Shown here piece by piece: positions 36,667-46,376 of a stretch of DNA of 64,000 nt. Position numbers and translations under genes: made by a program. This DNA is from an uncultured Candidatus Saccharibacteria bacterium. GTDB taxonomy: Bacteria; Patescibacteriota; Saccharimonadia; UBA4664; CAZJNH01. The stretch spans positions 4,981 through 68,980 of the forward strand of contig CAZJNH010000007.1 in NCBI GenBank assembly GCA_964547425.1, written 5' to 3'. The notes under the pieces are model-generated. The model did no database searches. It was not told the origin of the DNA and was given only the letters and a program-made list of their open reading frames with translations. Within the stretch, counting starts at the first letter, position 1. Each line of letters opens with the position of its first letter.

Positions 36667-38505
36667 ATGGTGAGGCAAAAGGTCAACACAATTTGGGAGT
36701 ACCGCGGCCGGGTTTTAGCCGGCTTATTCCTCGCCTCCATGCTGGTGCTTGGCCTTCTAAGTATGCGGGGCGACTCCGCGATTGTGGACGAGGTCGCGCA
36801 CATCCCATCCGGCTACAGTTATCTGCACTACCAGGACTACCGCTTAAATCCAGAACACCCGCCGCTAATCAAAGATCTAGCCGCAATTCCGTTGCAATTC
36901 CTGCCGGTCGTGTTCCCTTTGAATATTCCCGCTTGGACAACCGACGCTAACGGGCAATGGGAAACTGGCTGGCATTTTTTGTTCCACGACGGCAACAACG
37001 CCGACCAGATTTTATTCTGGGCGCGGGTGCCGATCCTGCTGCTGGCGGTTTTCTTCGGCTGGATGATCTACAGGTTTTGTAAGAAACACTGGGGCCCCCG
37101 CGCCGCGGTCCTGGCAACATTTCTGTACGCCTTCGAACCAAACATCATGGCACACTCACGGCTGGTGACGACCGATCTCGGTATCGCGGCGTTTGGGTTC
37201 TTTGCTCTGGCTGGTTTTGTCCGCTGGCTAAAAGAACCAAAACCTAAGAACTTCTTCATCGCGGCTGGCTTATTCGCCGCGGCTCAACTAGCAAAGTTCT
37301 CCGGCGTTTTGTTGATCCCGTTCTTTGGACTGATCGCCCTAATTTGGATCTTCACCGCCGAGGAGCCTAAAAAATTCTGGCAGCGGTTTTGGCGCTACGG
37401 CTTGGGGTTAGTTGGCATTTTCGCCGTTGGTTTTGCTCTAATCTGGGCGTTTTACGTACCTCAAACTCTGCATATGCCAGACGCGGTACAGGACCATTTA
37501 ATTACGGTGTCGCTGCCCGACGGATTCCAAAAAGCCCTTGTCCCCTCACTAACCAAGTACAACAATCTGCCAGGCGCGAAGCCACTGGTTCAGTACACCC
37601 TAGGTGTTTTGATGGTGTTTAACCGCGTGTCCGGTGGCAATACCACTTACTTCCGCGGCCAGGTCACTAACCAGAGCTTTAAGGACTACTTCCCTGTAAC
37701 ATACGCTATTAAAACACCGATTCCGCTACTTATCCTTGTTGGACTAAGTTTGCTGTCGGGAGTTTGGCTATACCTGCGCCGCAAGCCCCTGCATGTTTGG
37801 CAAAAATTCCGGGACTACTCCCGCGATCACGTGATAGAACTGACGTTCTTTGGTTTTGTACTGTTTTACGCCGCGTATTCAATTAACGGCAATCTAAACC
37901 TCGGCATCCGCCATTTGATGCCGATCATCCCTCTGATCATCGTTCTGGTAGCCCGCCAAACCGTCCGGCTCTTCGATTACTTGAAAACCAGACTGCCGCG
38001 GACATTAGTGATCGCTGGTTTCGCCGGGCTTTTACTGTGGTACCTAGTTGAAAACATAATGATCTTCCCGCACTACGTCGCTTACTTTAACGAACTGATC
38101 GGCGGGCCAGGAAATGCTTATAAATATGTCACCGACTCAAGCGTCGATTGGGGCCAAGACCTGAAACGGCTCAAAACTTACGTTGACTCAAATCCCGATA
38201 TCGATAAGATTTCCGTCGATTACTTTGGCGGCGGCGAGCCCAAGTACTATTTCTGCTCAAGGAAGTTCGATGCCGCTGGAGCGTTAATCAAGGATTCAAC
38301 TGGGTATGATTGCACTAAATCTAAATACGTCGAATGGCACGCTCAAAACGGCGTTCCCAAAACTAGATATATTGCTGTATCCGAAACCTTCCTGATGAAT
38401 GATTTGTACTACGCACCCAAACGTGGCGATATGGGCTACACTTACTTGCGCGAGAAAACTCCGATAGCTAAAATCGGCTATTCGATCTACGTCTACAAAC
38501 TTTAG
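36667..38505 (+). CDS. GT-C glycosyltransferase (ArnT/PMT-like)
   Basis: DEVAH..GY.Y, NPEHPPL.K, AH..LVTTD, AKFSG, DSSVDWGQDL. Confidence 0.88.
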   Translation: MVRQKVNTIWEYRGRVLAGLFLASMLVLGLLSMRGDSAIVDEVAHIPSGYSYLHYQDYRLNPEHPPLIKDLAAIPLQFLPVVFPLNIPAWTTDANGQWETGWHFLFHDGNNADQILFWARVPILLLAVFFGWMIYRFCKKHWGPRAAVLATFLYAFEPNIMAHSRLVTTDLGIAAFGFFALAGFVRWLKEPKPKNFFIAAGLFAAAQLAKFSGVLLIPFFGLIALIWIFTAEEPKKFWQRFWRYGLGLVGIFAVGFALIWAFYVPQTLHMPDAVQDHLITVSLPDGFQKALVPSLTKYNNLPGAKPLVQYTLGVLMVFNRVSGGNTTYFRGQVTNQSFKDYFPVTYAIKTPIPLLILVGLSLLSGVWLYLRRKPLHVWQKFRDYSRDHVIELTFFGFVLFYAAYSINGNLNLGIRHLMPIIPLIIVLVARQTVRLFDYLKTRLPRTLVIAGFAGLLLWYLVENIMIFPHYVAYFNELIGGPGNAYKYVTDSSVDWGQDLKRLKTYVDSNPDIDKISVDYFGGGEPKYYFCSRKFDAAGALIKDSTGYDCTKSKYVEWHAQNGVPKTRYIAVSETFLMNDLYYAPKRGDMGYTYLREKTPIAKIGYSIYVYKL

Positions 38506-39269
38506 CTAATCTTGTCGAGGAAGGTTGGCTGTTTGTAGCGGCCGCGAATAAGATTCCAGCGGACCTTTACCGGGTCAACCGCCTGCTTTATGGCGATCTT
38601 TAAGGCCGATTCGCCGGCGAGGCCGCCGGTTTCGGCTTTGGGATCCTTCCAGTCCGGCGCGTCGAAGTAATGGATCTTATACTTGAGGGATTTAGCGATC
38701 GCCAGGATTTCGACATCAAAGCTCCAGCTCGTCATCGTCTGGCGGCGAAATATGGCTTCGGTGGCTCCGGCTTCGAAGGCCTTGAAACCGCACTGGCTGT
38801 CGCGGATGCCCGGTAAGACAACGATTTGGACGACCAGGTTGGCAACCTTGGAAACCAGCTTGCGGCTAAAGGTTTTATGGATTCGCCAGAGGTTTCGGAC
38901 GGCGATGATGACCTTAGCATCCTGCTCGATTAACCGTTTAGTGTCATCTAAATGCCGCAGTGGCGTCGCCAAGTCAGCATCCATAAAAAGCCGGTATTTC
39001 CCTTTCGCCGCCAACATTCCGATTCTAACGTCTCTGCCCTTGCCGACCCTGGGCCCGGCATCGATTAGCCGGAAGCTGTTGAACAGACTGGCTTTTGATT
39101 GAGCTGCTTCCGCGGTGCCGTCGGTGCTATGAGGTACAACGACGATAATCTCGACCGAACCGTAATTCGGGCGCTCGGCGAGGAAGACGGATAGCCTCTC
39201 CAGGGATTGGCCAATCACTTCGGCCTCGTGGTAGGCCGGAATGACGATGCTCAGGTCGACGGTGCTCAC
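38502..39269 (-). CDS. GT2 polyprenyl-phosphate glycosyltransferase (dolichyl-P glucosyltransferase-like)
   Basis: SIVIPAY.E, GKG..V..G, FMDAD, DSQCGFK, FDVE.L. Confidence 0.9.
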   Translation of the reverse strand: MSTVDLSIVIPAYHEAEVIGQSLERLSVFLAERPNYGSVEIIVVVPHSTDGTAEAAQSKASLFNSFRLIDAGPRVGKGRDVRIGMLAAKGKYRLFMDADLATPLRHLDDTKRLIEQDAKVIIAVRNLWRIHKTFSRKLVSKVANLVVQIVVLPGIRDSQCGFKAFEAGATEAIFRRQTMTSWSFDVEILAIAKSLKYKIHYFDAPDWKDPKAETGGLAGESALKIAIKQAVDPVKVRWNLIRGRYKQPTFLDKIS

Positions 39270-40762
39270 GATGGTTTGGCTGTGTAGACCAAAAACAGCT
39301 CCTGGCCGCCATGGATACTAGGGACAAGTTTACCGCCCGGAAAGCGTTTGCCGATTAGCTTTAGGGCTTCGTCTTTGTTGTCCTCGAGCAGAATAAACTG
39401 GCGGGAGGCTTTGGATTTCGGCATAGTTTTGATAGCGGCAGGTTCAATGAGGCGAACCGAAAAATTATCAGCTTTCATAAATTGGATAATCTTAAACTCC
39501 GTTTGATTGCCTACCAGATACTTCTCGCCCGCAAATTGATCCGAGTTGGCAAAGTTGGTCGCTTGAATGGTTGGGTAGTGATACGCCAGCTTGGTTTCAG
39601 TCGAAGCCGGCCAGGCCAAAAAGTACTGGTTGTAACCTTGCCGAGCCGAGAGCACGAGCAGCACCCCTAGCATTAGCATGCCGATCTGCCTAGCGGCACT
39701 GTTTTGAGGGAAGGTCCGAAGCCATTGGGTGAGTAAGTATTCGATGCCGATAGCGCTTAGCGCCAAACTCGGCCACAGCAATGTCGCGGTTCGATCGGCC
39801 AAGTTGGCGCTCGCGGGCAGGACTAGTGCCGGTATCAAGGCCACCAAAAACAACCAGAGCACCACGCGATGGTTACGCAGTTTGATCTGGCCAATACTCG
39901 CCAGGATTCCCAGTACCAACATTAACCCGGTAAAAGCGTTGAGCAGCGGCAAAGTCGCTAAGTTGAATTCAAAACCTTGAGGTGTGTGGAGGTTAAACAT
40001 CGACAGAACCGGGACTAGCTGGCGCGTTAATTGAGCTACTGGCTGCTTAAAGTTACTGCCGATGTAGCTTAATACAGCCGGCGCCGCGGGTGCCGCGAGG
40101 AGTAGCAGGACCAAACCGCCGATGGCGTAGTTGTGGGAGTGCCCACGGCGTTTTTCGAGCAGAAACCTTGGCGCCACCATTAGTCCGGCAATGACTAGCG
40201 CTAGCAAGTACCAATTGTAGATTGGGTGGCTGTAGAGCCCTAGCGCGGTAACGGCAAGGGCGAGAACGATCTTTGGCATCGACGGGCGATGCCAGGCCCA
40301 TGTGATAAGGCAAAGGCTGGCCGCCATGAATGCCAAAGCCAAGCTATAGCCAGCGCCGAAACGGCCAAGATGAAGCGCCCACGGAGTAATCGCCGCCAGG
40401 ACAATGCCGAATAAAGCAGTTCGGCTGCCAAACAGTTGTTTGATCCAAAGATAGAAAAACACCACGCCAAGTAGGCTGAACTTGGCGGCTACAAGCCTTA
40501 GGCCGAGCAGGCGGTTATGCTCGACGTGGAAAGCCAGTTTGGCCGCCCAGATCGTTAGTAGTTGTTGTGAATCCTTGAGTGGCGGTAATAACTTAGTCGC
40601 TAATGCCTTGAGCCCTAACTCCGCCTCCAGTATATGGGTGCCGGGTGGGATTTGGGTAAGATGCCAGAACCGCAGGTATATGGTCAGCCCAATAAAGCTC
40701 AGGGCAATGATCAGCCAGCGCCGGTTAGCGCTTGCCGTTTTGAGCCGGGATTTCAGCTTCAC
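39266..40762 (-). CDS. GT-C-like membrane protein (degenerate ArnT/PMT type)
   Basis: LRF..L...PPG...EA, LR, PW.....R layout; canonical DE motif appears as LE. Confidence 0.7.
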   Translation of the reverse strand: MKLKSRLKTASANRRWLIIALSFIGLTIYLRFWHLTQIPPGTHILEAELGLKALATKLLPPLKDSQQLLTIWAAKLAFHVEHNRLLGLRLVAAKFSLLGVVFFYLWIKQLFGSRTALFGIVLAAITPWALHLGRFGAGYSLALAFMAASLCLITWAWHRPSMPKIVLALAVTALGLYSHPIYNWYLLALVIAGLMVAPRFLLEKRRGHSHNYAIGGLVLLLLAAPAAPAVLSYIGSNFKQPVAQLTRQLVPVLSMFNLHTPQGFEFNLATLPLLNAFTGLMLVLGILASIGQIKLRNHRVVLWLFLVALIPALVLPASANLADRTATLLWPSLALSAIGIEYLLTQWLRTFPQNSAARQIGMLMLGVLLVLSARQGYNQYFLAWPASTETKLAYHYPTIQATNFANSDQFAGEKYLVGNQTEFKIIQFMKADNFSVRLIEPAAIKTMPKSKASRQFILLEDNKDEALKLIGKRFPGGKLVPSIHGGQELFLVYTAKPS

Positions 40763-41226
40763 TTCTTAAAGACTACCTTCTTATAGAGAGTGTAGTTCCA
40801 GACTAATCCGACCAAAATGGCTGCGGCCTTGGCGCCGTTCTTACGCAAGAAGTCGGCGCTTAAGTGCTTGGTTATCGTTAAGGCGTCGGCCAGCTTGACC
40901 CCAAGGTTTAGAGGGGTTAGCCAGGTCTGAGTCAGCAAGTGGATAATCAGAGGCTGCAGCACCCAGACCGAAACGGCGGTAACCACAAAGAAAAAAACCG
41001 CTTGTTTGCCCTGAGCTTTATCCCGGCTCTTGAAGACAAAACCGCGGTTGGCGAAGAAACTGAAGATCATCGCGACTGTGCTGGAAACATACGTCGCCTG
41101 CACTAACGACAAACCAATTCGCCCTGAAGAAACGATATTATAAATCGTCACGTCGATCGCGGTGTTCATCACACCGACCAAACCGAACCGGCCGACCCTG
41201 CTTGCTTCCGATAACTTTTTAGCCAT
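40759..41226 (-). CDS. GtrA family flippase
   Basis: RF..VG..NT..D, SF..NR.FVF, AK......WNY..YK..VF. Confidence 0.9.
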   Translation of the reverse strand: MAKKLSEASRVGRFGLVGVMNTAIDVTIYNIVSSGRIGLSLVQATYVSSTVAMIFSFFANRGFVFKSRDKAQGKQAVFFFVVTAVSVWVLQPLIIHLLTQTWLTPLNLGVKLADALTITKHLSADFLRKNGAKAAAILVGLVWNYTLYKKVVFKK

Positions 41227-41276
41227 CTTCCCTCTTCAGTTTAAGCATAACCTCTACCTGGCGCCTTGTAAATTGG

Positions 41277-42650
41277 CTAAGCCGGCTTGCCGGTTTTTGA
41301 CTTGTCGAGCGAACGGAACAGCAGTTGTTCCGGGTGCCAGTACAGTTGAATTTGCCCAGTCGGGCCGTTACGGTGCTTCTTGATTAAAATGTCGGCGATG
41401 TTGGGTTTGTCGGTGTCGGGGTTGTAGTAGTCTTCCCGGTAAATAAACATCACGACGTCGGCGTCTTGCTCGATCGAACCCGATTCTCGCAAGTCCGCCA
41501 GTTGCGGAATCTGCGGCGTACGGGTTTCAACGGTTCGGGAAAGCTGGGACAGCGCCAGCACTGGAACGTTTAACTCTCTAGCTAGCGACTTAAGACCGCG
41601 GGAAATCTCCGAAACTTCCTGGACGCGGTTTTCACTGCCGGTAGAGCGGCCGCTCATCAGCTGCAAGTAGTCGACAACGATTAAACCGAGAGGGTGTTCA
41701 CTCATTAACCGGCGAGCTTTTGTTCTCATTTCCATAACGTTAGTTACCGCACTGTCGTCGATAAATATAGGTGCTTCGGACAGCTGGGCCATGGCGTGGT
41801 TCAGTTTGGGAAAGTCGCTGTCTTCGAGGTTACCGGTACGCAGTTTCCAGGAGTCGATGGCCGATTCCGATGCTAGTAGTCGGTCGATTAACTGCTCTTT
41901 ACTCATTTCCAGAGAAAACACTCCAACAGGAATGCCATCTTTGACGGCGATATTGGTGGCGATATTTAGGGCTAACGAGGTTTTACCCATACTCGGCCGG
42001 GCGGCCAAAACAACCAGGTCGGAGCGCTGGAGTCCGGCCAAGATGTTGTCTATGGCTTTGAAGCCGGTCGGGATGCCGCGCAAGCTGCCCTTGTCTTTAT
42101 GGAGATCGTCCAAGCGGTCGAACGATTCGGCCAGCACCGTAGAAATCGGAATAAAGTTTTGGCGCAGGTTTTTCTGGGAGACCGAAAACAAGGTTTGCTC
42201 CGCTTGGTCGAGGAGGTTTTCCAAGGGGCTATTTTCGTCGTAGCCCATCCCGACTATATTGGTCGCCGCGCCTATTAACCGGCGCAGGGTAGCTTTGTGG
42301 GCGACGATGCCGGCGTAGTGGACGACATGCGCGGCGGTTGGTACTCCCTCAACCAACTCACTTAAGTAGCCGGCTCCGCCAACTTTGGCCAAATCGCCAC
42401 TAGACTCCAGCTTGTTGGACAGAGTCAGGATGTCGAGCGGGTCTCTCTTCTCATAAAGTTCGAGCATGGCGTTAAAGATCAGCCGGTTTTTTTCGACGTA
42501 AAAGTCTTCGGCGCTAACTTGGTCGGCGATTTTGTCGATCGCCTCCCCGTCGACCATGATCGAACCGAGCAGTCCGGCCTCGGCCTCGGTGTTTTGCGGC
42601 GGCGCCTTGGCTAGCATTTCGGCCTTCAAAGTGGTCGAGAGCTTATTCAT
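41277..42650 (-). CDS. dnaB: Replicative DNA helicase
   Basis: PPQ..EAE, AARPSMGKT, FSLEMS, VDYLQL, LSQLSR, DLRESGSIEQDAD, KHRNGPTG. Confidence 0.98.
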   Translation of the reverse strand: MNKLSTTLKAEMLAKAPPQNTEAEAGLLGSIMVDGEAIDKIADQVSAEDFYVEKNRLIFNAMLELYEKRDPLDILTLSNKLESSGDLAKVGGAGYLSELVEGVPTAAHVVHYAGIVAHKATLRRLIGAATNIVGMGYDENSPLENLLDQAEQTLFSVSQKNLRQNFIPISTVLAESFDRLDDLHKDKGSLRGIPTGFKAIDNILAGLQRSDLVVLAARPSMGKTSLALNIATNIAVKDGIPVGVFSLEMSKEQLIDRLLASESAIDSWKLRTGNLEDSDFPKLNHAMAQLSEAPIFIDDSAVTNVMEMRTKARRLMSEHPLGLIVVDYLQLMSGRSTGSENRVQEVSEISRGLKSLARELNVPVLALSQLSRTVETRTPQIPQLADLRESGSIEQDADVVMFIYREDYYNPDTDKPNIADILIKKHRNGPTGQIQLYWHPEQLLFRSLDKSKTGKPA

Positions 42651-44169
42651 TGACGACCTCTCCCCCTAAGATTTCTAGCGCGGATGAGATTAGTTCGGTG
42701 GTCTTTTCGGCCGGCGCGCTGGCGGCCGGGTTGTGCTCGATGATGACCCGGATTTGGCGGCCGGTGGCTTCGGACAAAGCCTGCTCAACTACGGCCAGGT
42801 TTTTTGGTTCCTTTAAGCGGTCAAAGTGGAAATTAAAGCGGCAGCTAATTAAAACTTCATCGCCGCTCATCGTTAAGTCGCAGGTACGAACGAGGGCGTA
42901 TAAGGAGTGGTTCGACTGCTTGATGAGTTCGTAGGCTTGATTGGGAACCACACCCGCTGGTACATCGGCTCGTACTGGCTTCGCGGCCGGCTTGGATTCC
43001 GGGATAGGTTCGGCTGGTTTTTTCGATGCTTCTGGCTCGCTCACTCCTTCAGAGGTCTTGCCGCTCGGCTCCCCGGTCGACGCTGCAACATGCGTCGCCT
43101 CGGGCAAAGACCTCTCCGGAGTACGCTTTAGCGTTGAAAAACGGGCGATGGCGGCCTCGAGGGCTAGGCTGGGCCGGGGTGATTTGCCGGCGGTGATTAA
43201 GGCGTCGAGGGTAAGGGCGATTTGGGTTACGTCCCAGTACTTAAGTACCTGCTCGGCTACTTTGTCTTCATGGTTTAGCTGGACTCCCGCGCCGATCAAT
43301 AGAATGTGCCGCAGGCGGTCGCACAGTTGGTTGATGATTTGGCCGGGAGGGCTGCCCTGAGTGATTAAGCGGTCGAAGCCGTTTAGGGCCGTTGCAGTTT
43401 CGCCGGTGGCAATAGCAAGGACCAGCTCATCCAGGCTCTCGCTGTCGCTCCAGCCTAGCAAACCGCGGACCGACTGTGTGTCGATGGTCTTACCTTCGAG
43501 ACTCGAAACTTGGTCGAGCAAACTTAAACTGTCACGCAAGCTGCCGCTGCCGGCTTGAGCCAGCAAGGTTATCGCACCGTCGTCGGCTTTGATCTGCTCA
43601 TCGGAGGCGACTTTCTTTAGTTGGCTAGTGATTTCACCGACCGATAAAGGCCGGAAATTAAAGCGCTGGGTGCGGGAAATAACGGTGGCCGGCAGTTTGT
43701 GTGATTCGGTGGTGGCGAGGATAAAAATGGCGTGGGCCGGTGGTTCCTCGAGAGTTTTTAAGATGGCGTTGAAGGCCTCTTTGGTGAGCATGTGGACTTC
43801 GTCGATAATGTAGATTTTGTACTGGCCCATTGAAGGCGCCAGGTGGATCTTGTCGCGCAGCTCGCGGATTTCTTCGATGCCGCGATTTGAGGCCGCGTCG
43901 ATTTCGATGATGTCTAAATGGCTACCTTGTTCCAGACAGTTGCGGCATTTACCGCAGGGTTTGGTGTCTTTGCCGGTGCAATTAATTGCCTGGGCCAGAA
44001 TTCTTGCGACGGAGGTCTTCCCCACTCCGCGCGGGCCGGTAAATAAATAAGCGTGGCTAACCCGGCCTTTTTTGATGGCTGATGCCAGGGTTGTGACCAC
44101 GTGCGGCTGGCCGACTACCTCGTCAAAGGTTCGGCTGCGGTACTTCCGATAAAGCGCGAGCTGTGACAA
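42643..44169 (-). CDS. dnaX: DNA polymerase III subunit gamma/tau
   Basis: LYRKYR, GPRGVGKT, EIDAASNRG, IIDEVHML, LKTLEEPP, SRTQ. Confidence 0.97.
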   Translation of the reverse strand: MSQLALYRKYRSRTFDEVVGQPHVVTTLASAIKKGRVSHAYLFTGPRGVGKTSVARILAQAINCTGKDTKPCGKCRNCLEQGSHLDIIEIDAASNRGIEEIRELRDKIHLAPSMGQYKIYIIDEVHMLTKEAFNAILKTLEEPPAHAIFILATTESHKLPATVISRTQRFNFRPLSVGEITSQLKKVASDEQIKADDGAITLLAQAGSGSLRDSLSLLDQVSSLEGKTIDTQSVRGLLGWSDSESLDELVLAIATGETATALNGFDRLITQGSPPGQIINQLCDRLRHILLIGAGVQLNHEDKVAEQVLKYWDVTQIALTLDALITAGKSPRPSLALEAAIARFSTLKRTPERSLPEATHVAASTGEPSGKTSEGVSEPEASKKPAEPIPESKPAAKPVRADVPAGVVPNQAYELIKQSNHSLYALVRTCDLTMSGDEVLISCRFNFHFDRLKEPKNLAVVEQALSEATGRQIRVIIEHNPAASAPAEKTTELISSALEILGGEVVNE

Positions 44170-44250
44170 TTTTCCCCTCTCCCGTAATGCTTATGCATTA
44201 GCTCGAAACTAAGTATAGCCTAAACGGCATCCCAAATATTCATTGTTTTC

Positions 44251-44300
44251 GGGGAATAACCAAAGAATGTTGTGGACATCCGCCCCTGCCCTGCGGATAA
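44251..44300 (-). promoter_or_regulatory. Three co-oriented degenerate DnaA-box-like 9-mers in the dnaX leader
   Basis: Minus strand TTATCCGCA (44292-44300), ATGTCCACA (44271-44279), TTATTCCCC (44251-44259). Confidence 0.35.
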
Positions 44301-44313
44301 CTCCCACGTATTC

Positions 44314-44342
44314 ATAATACCGAACAAAACAAGAACATTCAA
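44314..44342 (-). promoter_or_regulatory. dnaX-dnaB sigma70 promoter overlapped by a GTTC-N7-GTTC (LexA-type) repeat
   Basis: Minus strand TTGAAT-N17-TATTAT with GTTCTTGTTTTGTTCGG as the spacer. Confidence 0.6.
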
Positions 44343-44345
44343 TCG

Positions 44346-44792
44346 CTAGCTAAGGGGTCGGCGTGCCTTACCGTCCGCGTCATAAATAATTAGTGTCCCG
44401 TGTGTAATTAAAATGCCCGCCTCGTAAAAACTCTCGGGGGTCTTGAATAAGCCCAGAACAATCGCCAAACCGGCAGCGATATCTTCCTGGTCTTGACTAG
44501 CCGTATGAATACAGACTATGCCGGGGGAGTTCAGGAGCCTCCCTTGGGTAGCTTCCTTTATTAGTCGTTTCTTGTCCTTAGTGACAAAAATCCTTTTCTC
44601 TTTCCTTGCCTGATATAAGTGGGATTCATCTTGCGCGTTATTGCCTCTCCGCTCGCTTGGTACAACCGAGTCGTAGCCGTACCGAGTCGCGACTTCAGAT
44701 ACCAATGGCATTCCAACATCGAAGTATAGGCTCGGCTTTTGCCTGAGCTGTCTTCTGGAGTACTGGCGCTTATTCAGTTTTATTCTAGACAC
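44346..44792 (-). CDS. DUF5615 / VapC45-like PIN-domain protein
   Basis: LYFD..MP, GYD, D..L..A..E.RI.VT.D, PGIV.I; GTG start after GGAGG. Confidence 0.7.
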   Translation of the reverse strand: MSRIKLNKRQYSRRQLRQKPSLYFDVGMPLVSEVATRYGYDSVVPSERRGNNAQDESHLYQARKEKRIFVTKDKKRLIKEATQGRLLNSPGIVCIHTASQDQEDIAAGLAIVLGLFKTPESFYEAGILITHGTLIIYDADGKARRPLS

Positions 44793-44878
44793 ATCAACAC
44801 CCTCCAAAGTGTTAACGGTTAGAGTAGCACAGATTGCTGTGTCGCACAATAACCTACCACTAGAATACCGGTGGTTCC

Positions 44879-45661
44879 CTACTCTCTGGCGGTAATGGTC
44901 CAGCTCCCATTAGATTCGATCTGGACATATCCAGGTCCTTCCAGGGGCACAGTACCTTTATATGAGCCGATAGTGTTGACAGGTAAATCCGAGTTTCCAC
45001 TATCAGAGTAAACATTGACGCTAAAGTTAGCATCTCCAAGATTAGTAATCGTAGCCTCTGATGTAGTGCCAATAATATGCAATACAGCGTCTCCGTTTCC
45101 CTTTACTGTCTTTCCCCCAACTCTTATTGCACTGCTGAGGTCACTCACTGTAAGCACCCACGCGCCGGAGGCAGTAATGGTTACTTTGGAGGTGGCGCTA
45201 CCGTCATTCATGTCGATAATGTGGCTTCCAGAGTAGGGGCCAATTGTATTGACGATCAGAGACTCAGCTCCATTAGTTTGGACCGCTGTATTGTCGGTGC
45301 ACGTCGGACACTTAAATGTGATGATAGCTGCCCCATCCGGTTTTTGTATTTTTACCACATCGTCACCGCTACCTCGATATACTTTTGGTTTCGGCCGAGG
45401 TGCAGGTGCGGTGGCTTTAGGCGCAGCAGTCGTTAATGGAGCCGAGGTAGAGGTAGTTGGATTACTCGATGGCTGAATGCCTCCGGATGCAAAGGCCGCT
45501 ACTACAAATAGACTACTCACTACTGTAACGGCAACTTTGACCGCGGTATTCCATTTTGACTCCGCCCACGCATACCAGACCGCGAAAAACGGGAGAAAAA
45601 GTATTGCAGCGGTTATCCCCCAAGGCCTCTTATACCACTCTTTTTTATGAGATTTTTTCAT
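44879..45661 (-). CDS. Membrane-anchored protein with duplicated beta-sandwich
   Basis: WYKR.W TM hairpin, Pro/Thr linker, twice G.GD.V...VNTIG.Y.G...W.(L/I)T. Confidence 0.7.
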   Translation of the reverse strand: MKKSHKKEWYKRPWGITAAILFLPFFAVWYAWAESKWNTAVKVAVTVVSSLFVVAAFASGGIQPSSNPTTSTSAPLTTAAPKATAPAPRPKPKVYRGSGDDVVKIQKPDGAAIITFKCPTCTDNTAVQTNGAESLIVNTIGPYSGSHIIDMNDGSATSKVTITASGAWVLTVSDLSSAIRVGGKTVKGNGDAVLHIIGTTSEATITNLGDANFSVNVYSDSGNSDLPVNTIGSYKGTVPLEGPGYVQIESNGSWTITARE

Positions 45662-45666
45662 GATGA

Positions 45667-46176
45667 TTACGCGATGGCGGCTTCGATAGCGGCCCACTCA
45701 GACTCTTCGCCTTGCGGGACGACGATCGTCAGTTGTTGGCCGGGTTGGGCCTTAAAGTAGGTGACGCTGGCAAAGAGTACGCGGTACTGCTTGCCTTCGG
45801 CATCAACGAAGTATTGGCTGTCTTTTAGGATTAGAGTACCGATCATCTTCTTGCGGTCGACCGGGCCAATTTGTTTATAAATAAAGGTGCCATCATCGGC
45901 TATTGTCAGCTTCAAGATGTCACCTTGGACTAATTTCGATTTCGACGCGTAGTTTGCCGGCACCGGGTAAAGTTTGCCATCAGGCCCAATCATGTTTTGC
46001 CCGTCAAAGGCGCCTTCAATAACTTTGCCGGTCGCTGGGGCTTCAACGGCCTTTGGGGTCGACGGAGTCTCCCCCACTAAACTCACCAATAATTCCTTCG
46101 CGCCTTTGAGGTTTGTTTCGGCGGTTTCGATCAGTTTTTTGAGCGTTTTTAACTGTTTGTCGGCAACTTCGGACAT
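45667..46176 (-). CDS. Conserved CPR hypothetical protein
   Basis: IEG.FDGQ.M.G.DGK.YPVPANYASKSKLV.GD.LKLTI..DG.F.YKQI.P. Confidence 0.75.
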   Translation of the reverse strand: MSEVADKQLKTLKKLIETAETNLKGAKELLVSLVGETPSTPKAVEAPATGKVIEGAFDGQNMIGPDGKLYPVPANYASKSKLVQGDILKLTIADDGTFIYKQIGPVDRKKMIGTLILKDSQYFVDAEGKQYRVLFASVTYFKAQPGQQLTIVVPQGEESEWAAIEAAIA

Positions 46177-46297
46177 TTTTATTCAACTTCCTAAGCGAGT
46201 CGATAGACAAGCTTATATAAATGTATTTTTACAACTTCCAATTGTTGCGCCAATCATAACCACTGGTAAAACAAAAAGCAAACACCTCGTCAATCTG

Positions 46298-46363
46298 AAA
46301 AAGGAACAACCCTCTTTCGTCTCAAGCTAAGTTGCCTGGGATTGTATAGGGTTGCACCTTTTT
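46298..46363 (-). terminator. Long hairpin with U-tract downstream of rplL
   Basis: AAAAAGG..CAACCCT ... AGGGTTG..CCTTTTT. Confidence 0.55.
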
Positions 46364-46376
46364 CGCTACGGGGTTT

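Noticed and set aside
44170-44345. SRP RNA (ffs) upstream of dnaX
   Set aside because: No conserved domain IV motif (CAGG..GGAA..AGCAG) seen on either strand
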